From the NCBI GenBank assembly GCA_964617735.1, contig CAZTXT010000002.1:12536-76535 (forward strand): 64,000 bases of DNA. The letters are read 5' to 3'. Shown in pieces: positions 57,351-64,000 of the stretch (position 1 is its first letter; every line of letters starts with the position of its first letter). The notes under the pieces are model-generated. The model ran no database searches. It saw only the letters and a program-made list of their open reading frames with translations, and was not told the DNA's origin. Source of the DNA: an uncultured Candidatus Saccharibacteria bacterium (GTDB lineage Bacteria > Patescibacteriota > Minisyncoccia > Phycocordibacterales > DSPV01). The translations under genes were made by a program, and so were the position numbers.

Positions 57351-58667
57351 CTACAGCTCTGTCAATATCTTGTTGAACTGCTCTCCCCGATCGTATTCGT
57401 TCTTGAATAATCCGAACGATGCAAACGCTGGACTGAACAAAACGATATCGCCCTCTACAACAAGCCCCTTAGCTTTCAAGACCGCGTCTTTGAGATCGAC
57501 GGCCGGTATCGCATCGGGTAACCCGTCTTTTATTTTCGTCGTACCGCTTCCCGGAAGCAGCAGGACCTGTTTGCAGTAATTCGGGATTTCATCAATAAGC
57601 GCGCTCATATTCAGACCTTTATCCGACCCGCCCATGATGAGCACTATCTTCTTTTTATGGGAATCACCGATCGCGCGCAAACCTGCAATGGTCGCGTCCG
57701 GAGTCGTCGCATTGCTGTCATTATAATAAGTCACCCCGTTAACCATTCTTTTCAGTTCAAGCCGCCCAGCAAGACCTGCAAACCGATTGAACGCAGCGCG
57801 CGTCCCTTTAACGGTCCTAATTCCCAGGAGCTTTGCAACCGCGATCGCGCACGCGGCATTCAGACGGTTGTGCCCGCCGGGCAAGTGGACCATATGATCA
57901 CGCGGCACGCCCGCGCGGTGCGCAACGAGGACTTCGCCCGCGTCGCTCCAATCGAATTTATCAGCGATATCTTCCCCGACGACCAGATGATCCCCTGGCT
58001 TCTGGAATTTGAAGATATTGGCTTTGTCCGAGAAATACGTCTGCATATCGCCGTTGTAGTAATTCATGTGGTCGGGCAGAAAGGTCGTGAACACGGCAAT
58101 ATGCGGACTGATCATGGACTCGCCGAAGCCTTGGAGCTGCCAAGAATCAAGCTCGAGCACAACGAAATCGCCCTCGAGGACTTTCTCAAGCAACGGAAGC
58201 GTTGCGACATCTTTGATATTGCCGCCGAGAAAAACGCGCTTGCCGGCATCCTTGAGTATCTCGTAAATCAAAGCCGCTGTCGTCGATTTGCCCCGGGTTC
58301 CCGTCACTCCAATGACCGTGATCGGTGGCGCGAGTTTAGAGAACAGGGACGCATCCATTTCTATCGGGATACCCTTGCGCCGCGCTTCGGCGATGAAGAG
58401 TGAATCAAGCGGAACGCCGGCGGCCTTGAGAATGAAGTCTCTATCGCGAAAATCCTCGAGCTGGTGGCCACCAACGTGCACAGTGATAGTAGGAAAACGC
58501 TTGAGCCGCTCAAGCGATGGCTTGAGCTCTTCGGCGCTTTTGAGGTCGGTAATGATAAGGTCAGCTCCGAGCTTCGCCATAAATTCGGCGTCTCCGACAC
58601 CCCGACCGAGCAGTCCGAGTCCCATCAAAGTGATCTTTTTATTCTTGAAATAATCCTGATAGCGCAT
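57351..58667 (-). CDS. murD: UDP-N-acetylmuramoyl-L-alanine--D-glutamate ligase MurD
   Basis: KITLMGLGLLGRG N-terminus, GVTGTRGKSTTAALI P-loop, Mur ligase middle and C-terminal domains, 438 aa. Confidence 0.9.
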   Translation of the reverse strand: MRYQDYFKNKKITLMGLGLLGRGVGDAEFMAKLGADLIITDLKSAEELKPSLERLKRFPTITVHVGGHQLEDFRDRDFILKAAGVPLDSLFIAEARRKGIPIEMDASLFSKLAPPITVIGVTGTRGKSTTAALIYEILKDAGKRVFLGGNIKDVATLPLLEKVLEGDFVVLELDSWQLQGFGESMISPHIAVFTTFLPDHMNYYNGDMQTYFSDKANIFKFQKPGDHLVVGEDIADKFDWSDAGEVLVAHRAGVPRDHMVHLPGGHNRLNAACAIAVAKLLGIRTVKGTRAAFNRFAGLAGRLELKRMVNGVTYYNDSNATTPDATIAGLRAIGDSHKKKIVLIMGGSDKGLNMSALIDEIPNYCKQVLLLPGSGTTKIKDGLPDAIPAVDLKDAVLKAKGLVVEGDIVLFSPAFASFGLFKNEYDRGEQFNKILTEL

Positions 58668-58739
58668 AACTGCATAGTAGCAAAAGAAAAGCGGCTCGGA
58701 AAACGAATGTTTTCCGAGCCGCAGTTGTCACTGATATAG

Positions 58740-59297
58740 CTAGGAGTACCAATGTGGCATCCCAGTTGCCCTTCGAGCCGGTCGAGTGGGGCGGGCATGG
58801 TGTGTCCCCGCGTTCCGGGTTATCGAAGCGAGGAGTTCCCTCGCTTCCTTGTCGGTAATCTCCTCTTCCGAGAGATCTGGATTCTCTGGCGCCGAAGAAG
58901 TCGAGGTGGTGCCCGTTTCCGTCGCTGTTTCGGAGGCGACCGAGACCGAAGGCTGACGTTCAGCAATCTGTAGGACTGCGGCATCAAAAGACTTTTTGAT
59001 GCCCCAGACCACTACTTCCCGGCTCGAGTTGGCTACAAAGAAGACTTCGTCTCCAACCACCACGGGGGCTTTAATCCACACGTCTTTGAGCCGCGGGAGG
59101 TCCTCGCCGGCGCACACCTGGTACCCGTACAATTTTACCGGGAGCCAAGCGTCATTGCCATGTCCGATGACCCGGACATAGGCAGCCGCTTTTGGAGCGA
59201 ATCTTCCTTTTCTCGGCGCAGGAACGCTCTTGACCCTGCCGAACGAAACTACAACGATCTCGTCGTTCAATAATCTGAGTTTATTATCTACTCTCAT
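58740..59297 (-). CDS. hypothetical protein with an acidic, Ser/Thr-rich C-terminus
   Basis: ORF with coding-like composition and no recognisable domain. The start was moved to MRVDNKL (59297). Confidence 0.3.
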   Translation of the reverse strand: MRVDNKLRLLNDEIVVVSFGRVKSVPAPRKGRFAPKAAAYVRVIGHGNDAWLPVKLYGYQVCAGEDLPRLKDVWIKAPVVVGDEVFFVANSSREVVVWGIKKSFDAAVLQIAERQPSVSVASETATETGTTSTSSAPENPDLSEEEITDKEARELLASITRNAGTHHARPTRPARRATGMPHWYS

Positions 59298-59502
59298 GTT
59301 AAGGGACAAAACAATACTAGCCTCTAGTTTCAACGACCGCCCAACGGCGATCATTGTCTACGCATCCTCGTAGAAAGGTGGGCGTCATATTGCCACTGCT
59401 ATCTGGTGAAGATGGTAACAGACTATACGAGAAATGTCAAGCACATAAAAAGACTTAAGCTGAGCCATTTTTATATAAAAACAGAGCAAAATCGATCAGA
59501 GG

Positions 59503-59584
59503 TGGGCACGGGGAGATTTGAACTCCCAACCCTTGCGGGATGCGCTTCTGAGACGCACGCGTATGCCAATTCCGCCACGTGCCC
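59503..59584 (-). tRNA. tRNA-Leu (anticodon CAG), type II with a long variable arm
   Basis: Hand-folded cloverleaf. The acceptor is GGGCACG/CGTGCCC with discriminator A. The anticodon stem is TGCGT/GCGCA and the loop CTCAGAA (U33, CAG, A37). The long variable arm is TCCCGCAAGGGTT and the T-arm GGGAG-TTCAAAT-CTCCC. No CCA is encoded. Confidence 0.85.
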
Positions 59585-59629
59585 GTGGAAGTAGCTTACC
59601 GCGTTCGCACATGACGGGCAAACAATTCC

Positions 59630-59920
59630 CTAAAGATATTTCTTGAGTTCTACCTCAATCTCATCGATTTTCTCGGGAGAGAAAGTATGGTCGTGCGGGT
59701 GAGTCCGAAGCCACGAGATCACATGATCGACATCTTGAGATTGAATACCCGCTCCTTGACCCGACGGTCTCGTCTCGGTTAGTGCTCCGCTGAAAAGACC
59801 CTCGACTTGGTCGAGTTGTTTCTCGTTCAACCCTTTCTGGTACAACTCAAGGCGAACTTTTTTCCGAAATTCTTCCGGGGACACGCGTGGTTTTGAATTT
59901 CCAAAATCAAATATTCCCAT
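59630..59920 (-). CDS. hypothetical protein
   Basis: 96-aa ORF with no recognisable domain. Confidence 0.35.
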   Translation of the reverse strand: MGIFDFGNSKPRVSPEEFRKKVRLELYQKGLNEKQLDQVEGLFSGALTETRPSGQGAGIQSQDVDHVISWLRTHPHDHTFSPEKIDEIEVELKKYL

Positions 59921-59997
59921 AGGTGTTCACTATCTTGCTAACGTCTCCAGTATAGCGCACTGAGGATATTTATTATAACCACGCACCAACCCCAAGA

Positions 59998-61419
59998 TCA
60001 GAGCTTTTCCACGAGAACCATATTCGTGTCAATCGCCTTTCCAAACGGCAGGCCGCAGACAATGACAATCGTCTCCCCTTTTAGGGCAAATCTCCTCGTT
60101 AAGAAATAGCGACGTATCAGAGATAATACATTATCAAAATCTTTCGGCGGATTGAAAACAGCGGGGTGAACGCCGAACGAGAGGTTTTGGATGCGTGCCC
60201 GGACAGCATCCGGGGTCATCGAGATGATATGTTGGGATGGCTTGTGCCGAGAGAGCATGCGCGCAGTCCTTCCGGATTTAGTAAGTGCAACGATGAAGCG
60301 CGAGCCGACGGTATCGGCCGTAGAGACTGCGGCCGAGGTGACTGAATCGGTCACATAATGATTCTCCTCATGACTTCTGCGACGCAGGGCGAGTTTGCGA
60401 TGCAGATAATCCCGCTCTACGCGGAGCGCGACACGTTCCATCACCTTGACCGCTGCTATCGGATGCGAGCCGAGTGCAGTTTCTCCAGAGAGCATTACCG
60501 CATCAGTTCCATCGAGTATCGCGTTTGCAATATCGGAGACCTCTGCTCGGGTCGGAACCGCGCTTGAGGTCATTGATTCGAGCATCTGGGTTGCCGTGAT
60601 GACGGGTTTACCGGCATGGTTTGCTTTACGGATAAGATTCTTTTGGATAAGCGGGACTTCTTCGGGGGACGTCTCAACGGCGAGATCACCGCGCGCTACC
60701 ATGATGACGTCGGCTGCGGCAGTGATTTCGTCTGCATTCTCTACGGCCTGACGAGTCTCCATTTTTGCGACAATAGCCGCAGTGGAATGCGCCGCGCGCA
60801 AAAGTCTCTGCAACGCGAATATATCATCGGCGCTCCGAACAAACGAGATAGCGAAAAAGTCGGCTCCGATAGAAGCGCCGAATCGTATATCTTGCTTATC
60901 TTTCACGGTGAGCGATGGCATTGATAGATGCGCGTCGGGAACAGAGATTCCTCTGCGCCCGCGGATGACTCCACCGGACACTACGCGACAGCGTATATCA
61001 TACTTCGACGTGGAGAGCACCGTGAGACGACATTTGCCATCATCGACCAGAATCGTATCGCCTTTGGAAACTTCTTGGGGTAGACGCACATAATTGACCC
61101 ATACCCGATGTTCATCACCGACGATGGGTTTGGTGATCAACACAAATTCTCTGCCATGCTGCAACGTTATCGTATCCTCCTTAAAATCGCCGATGCGGAT
61201 CTTAGGACCGCAGAGATCGATAAGAATTCCCGTGTGCGTTTGCTTTTTCTTAGAGATCGCCTGGACGATTTTGATGCGCCGACGATGCTCGGCATGGTCG
61301 CCGTGCGAAAGATTGCAGCGGAATACATCAACGCCCGCATCGACAAGCGCTCCGATCGTCTTCGCATCCTCGCTGGCCGGACCCAACGTCGCTATAACCT
61401 TTGTCTTTTTCTCTGACAT
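59998..61419 (-). CDS. pyk: pyruvate kinase
   Basis: KTKVIATLGPASED..., MVARGDLAVE and the overall PK barrel and C-terminal domain, 473 aa. Confidence 0.93.
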   Translation of the reverse strand: MSEKKTKVIATLGPASEDAKTIGALVDAGVDVFRCNLSHGDHAEHRRRIKIVQAISKKKQTHTGILIDLCGPKIRIGDFKEDTITLQHGREFVLITKPIVGDEHRVWVNYVRLPQEVSKGDTILVDDGKCRLTVLSTSKYDIRCRVVSGGVIRGRRGISVPDAHLSMPSLTVKDKQDIRFGASIGADFFAISFVRSADDIFALQRLLRAAHSTAAIVAKMETRQAVENADEITAAADVIMVARGDLAVETSPEEVPLIQKNLIRKANHAGKPVITATQMLESMTSSAVPTRAEVSDIANAILDGTDAVMLSGETALGSHPIAAVKVMERVALRVERDYLHRKLALRRRSHEENHYVTDSVTSAAVSTADTVGSRFIVALTKSGRTARMLSRHKPSQHIISMTPDAVRARIQNLSFGVHPAVFNPPKDFDNVLSLIRRYFLTRRFALKGETIVIVCGLPFGKAIDTNMVLVEKL

Positions 61420-61486
61420 ACCAAAAGAAAATTCTTAACCTTGCTAAAGGCAAACGTAAGGGTAAGAGAATAAATACCGCACTGCG

Positions 61487-61560
61487 TGCAAGTGGAAGGA
61501 CTCGAACCTTCGACCTCCCCATTATCAGTGGGGTGCTCTAGCCACCTGAGCTACACTTGC
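61487..61560 (-). tRNA. tRNA-Ile (anticodon GAT)
   Basis: Hand-folded. The acceptor is GCAAGTG/CACTTGC with discriminator A. D-arm GCTC-AGGTGGCTA-GAGC. The anticodon stem is CCCCA/TGGGG with loop CTGATAA (GAT). T-arm GAAGG-TTCGAGT-CCTTC. 74 nt. Confidence 0.9.
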
Positions 61561-61751
61561 ACGCAATGAACTATTTGATTGCTTAGCCAAGCGAACGAAC
61601 CGTCTCTATGCTCTGCAGATCAATGGTGTCGCCCTAGCCAACCTCTCTTACACATACGGTAGCCTCGAAAATATAGCAAAAAAAGGCCTTAGCAGCAATA
61701 AAAAATGCGCCGCGTACGATTAGAAAGTACGCGGCGCTTCATCCGCTTTCC

Positions 61752-62192
61752 TCAAGCAAGGAACTTTTTAACCTTTTTCCAGTAAGCTTTCGTTGAGAAC
61801 ATTTTCCATCCAGCGGGCCCGCCGTTCCAGATGCGCGCCCGGTCTTCATCCATGGGAACGTGTCCAAGCAATTCTTTGGTGGCGTAATGGCTGGTATACC
61901 ACCGGCATAACTTCTCCGACAATTCACGGTTGCCGAGGCAATCGGATGCGTGATAAGCGGTTTTGTGTGCACGATTATAGTCGAGCACTACCGGTTCACG
62001 AATTTGCAGAGCGCCATAGGCAGGATGCTTCAAGTGTCGGTCACCGATCGCGTAGTCATTATCAGCCGACTCGACGCGAGCCAAACTGGCGAGCAACTCA
62101 GCTGATTGACCACGAGTATGCACGATACTCGCCAGGATTGCGAGGAGAATGATTGCGATAATACCGAAGGCACTCCAAACTGTTTCCCTCAT
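61752..62192 (-). CDS. membrane-anchored lysozyme-like / lytic-transglycosylase (SLT)-like protein
   Basis: An N-terminal TM segment (VWSAFGIIAIILLAILASIV), then an E-S ... GALQI ... YN segment reminiscent of SLT catalytic blocks. The call is low-confidence. The start was set at MRETVW (62192). Confidence 0.3.
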   Translation of the reverse strand: MRETVWSAFGIIAIILLAILASIVHTRGQSAELLASLARVESADNDYAIGDRHLKHPAYGALQIREPVVLDYNRAHKTAYHASDCLGNRELSEKLCRWYTSHYATKELLGHVPMDEDRARIWNGGPAGWKMFSTKAYWKKVKKFLA

Positions 62193-62337
62193 TTTCCGTT
62201 TCTCGAATCTAAGTCTAAAGGATTTCTGGAGATGTTTTCTAGCCATACAATGATCTTTCTTTTGGTTGAGGTTTACATCAAGGTACTGACTGAACTACGA
62301 AGCACAGTATCATATATGATGTGTAAAGTCAATACAC

Positions 62338-62367
62338 GAGAAAACCGCCCAACTGGGCGGTTTTCTC
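62338..62367. terminator. strong 13-bp perfect hairpin (gagaaaaccgccc-aact-gggcggttttctc), intrinsic terminator downstream of the 16S rRNA 3' end
   Basis: Seen directly. The stem has GC-rich inner and A/T-rich outer halves, giving U-tracts on both strands. Confidence 0.6.
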
Positions 62368-63152
62368 GTTCACCCGAGCATCACCGTAGGCGAGTGCTTT
62401 AGGGTACCATTCTCTATTTTGTTCCGTTCATGTATCGGTCTTTCCCGACAGCCATATGCCCTATAGGAGTGGCACATCTCCTAGCGATCGCTTGTGACGA
62501 TTGCTAACCGACCTATCAGACCTCGTACGCAGTGCGCAGAGATCAATGATCCTTAAAATATTCCACGAGCAGCTTCCGCTACCCGTGCCTTGTTACGACT
62601 TACTCCCTGTCACCGAATTTACCGTGACGCCCCCGAAAGGACGCTTCAGGCACTCCCGGCTCCCTTGAGTTGACGGGCGGTGAGTACAAGACTTGAGAAC
62701 GTATTCACCGCGGTATAGCTGACCCGCGATTACTAGCGATTCCGGCTTCATGAGGTCGAGTTGCAGACCTCAATCCGAACTGACGCCGCTTTTTTAGGAT
62801 TGGCTCGGCCTTTACATCGGCGTTGCATCCGTCTGTAGCGGCGATTGTATCACGTGTGTAGCCCAGGGCATCAGAGGGCCATGCTGATTTGGCGTCATCC
62901 TCACCTTCCTCTCCCGTGAGGGAGCAGTCTCGCCAGACATTTAAAACTGGCAACGAGGGTTGCGTTCGTTACCCCACTTAAGGGAACAGCTCAAACCACG
63001 AACTGACGACAACCATGCAGCACCTGTCTAATCGTCCTTGTGAGACGAGTAATCTTTCGACTACTCTTCGATTAGATTTCAAGCCCTGGTAAGGTTTTTC
63101 GCTTGTCATCGAATTAAACCACATGATCCACCGCTTGTGCAAGTCCCCGTCT

Positions 63153-63184
<32 letters not shown>

Positions 63185-63294
63185 ACCCAGGCGGATGTCT
63201 TAACGCGTTAGCTTCGTCTCTCAGAGGGTCGATACTCCGAAAAACCAGACATCATCGTTTAGGGCGTGGACTACTGGGGTATCTACAATGTTGT

Positions 63295-64000
63295 TACTGC
63301 TTGCACACTTTGTTGAAAGGGCCACACTCGTGACCCATGAATCTTAGCGAAGGTTTTCTTTAACCTTTACACCAAGATGATTCGCGATTTTTCGGGCTTT
63401 CTTCCTCATTTGGTAGAGTTGACGGCTCCGGTCCCTATTCGAGTGATAGGATAATGGACTTTTTAAAGCAATCAACTCTATGCCGCTGATATGGACCTCG
63501 ATACAGAAGCCTCCCCATCCGGATCGGTCGCCATCCCATTCGATGAGTTTAACTGATGGTACTCTCATAAATCGCTCCTTTCTATTTTCTCTCAACAAAG
63601 TGTGCAAGCTGGTGCGGGCATTTCTGCCGCACTCTTACGATCGCTCGTAAGTTCGGACTATATCTTCCCGATCATTCGCTGTTAGGCGAAGTGATTTAGG
63701 GTTTGGCGTATAGTCTCTACGGGTTCCTGCATAGTAGGCAGTGGAGCGAACCGATCACTCGGTTCGCTTGTGGTCTGTAGCGTGCTTCTCAAGATATGCT
63801 GTGTCCTTCCCTTCGCCTTTATTGAGGCTACTGGTCACGGTGTGTAGAGGATATATCCCCCACCAGCTCCACTTTCGTCGCTTCTGCAGTCCACTGCCTA
63901 CTATGCAAGCCTTCCCTCGGGATTGTCTCCTGTTACAGAGAGTTTCCCCGATATAGCCACCAAAGCACTTTCGTTACCGAAATGCTTGGTCCAATCATTC
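63295..64000 (-). other. insertion in the 16S rRNA gene of at least 700 nt (putative self-splicing intron/intervening sequence), extending beyond the window
   Basis: No 515-535 block (TTACCGCGGCKGCTGGCAC) or other 5' 16S blocks occur between 63295 and 64000. Long-range 18-bp inverted repeats sit at 63299-63316/63592-63609 and 63728-63745/63890-63907. There is a local 9-bp hairpin at 63746-63767. Confidence 0.5.
63344..63607 (-). CDS. small ORF (87 aa) inside the 16S insertion, possible intron-encoded protein
   Basis: The ORF is bracketed exactly by the 18-bp inverted repeat and is basic and Arg/Lys-rich. No LAGLIDADG, GIY-YIG or HNH motif was recognised. Confidence 0.25.
   Translation of the reverse strand: MHTLLRENRKERFMRVPSVKLIEWDGDRSGWGGFCIEVHISGIELIALKSPLSYHSNRDRSRQLYQMRKKARKIANHLGVKVKENLR

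Noticed and set aside
57196-58653. Plus-strand ORFs of 121-248 aa across the murD locus
   Set aside because: They are antisense to murD, which carries canonical Mur ligase motifs.
62705-62953. 82-aa ORF on the minus strand
   Set aside because: It lies wholly within conserved 16S rRNA sequence and is not protein-coding.

Overview
This 64-kb window is a gene-dense bacterial chromosomal segment of about 50-55% GC. It carries housekeeping and cell-wall genes (secA, murB, murC, murD, rsmI, pyk), two tRNAs (Leu-CAG, Ile-GAT) and the 3' part of a 16S rRNA gene. Two large cell-surface glycan regions dominate it. Region 1 (about 7.1-31.4 kb) has a GDP-6-deoxyhexose core, with gmd, an Rmd-like reductase and a second NAD-dependent epimerase/reductase. 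It also has a Wzm/Wzt ABC exporter and three fucosyltransferase-like glycosyltransferases (GT10-like, GT11-like, and a third with an HxRxxD motif). A NeuB-type nonulosonic-acid synthase is fused to a xylose-isomerase-like TIM barrel. Further genes are a DegT aminotransferase, a hexapeptide N-acetyltransferase, a NUDIX-GNAT fusion, methyltransferases, a deacetylase, several GT2/GT4 enzymes and an O-antigen-ligase-like membrane protein with C-terminal TPR repeats. Region 2 (31.7-48.2 kb) is entirely minus-strand. It contains nine cytoplasmic glycosyltransferases and two GtrA/GtrB/GtrC-like polyprenyl-phosphate-sugar modules. It also contains the most unusual cassette here: an FkbH-like loader, acyl carrier protein, AcpS, MaoC dehydratase, SDR ketoreductase, MBOAT and a DltD/AlgX-like SGNH protein. 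That set looks like a Dlt-analogous, ACP-dependent system for acylating an extracytoplasmic glycopolymer with a small glycolysis-derived acyl group. Beyond it lie a lamin-tail-domain surface protein and a soluble T4CP-like ATPase. A diverged PgeF/YfiH-like protein and a DUF218 protein sit between murC and murD. The 16S gene is unlinked from 23S and has a rho-independent terminator after its 3' end. Its 3' terminus has no obvious CCUCC anti-SD. It is interrupted by an insertion of at least 700 nt (probable intron) containing a small ORF bracketed by an 18-bp inverted repeat. These rRNA features, the ligase-TPR fusion and the LTD and T4CP-like proteins fit a CPR/Patescibacteria-like lineage, which is inference only. 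No CRISPR array, IS element or integrase was recognised.
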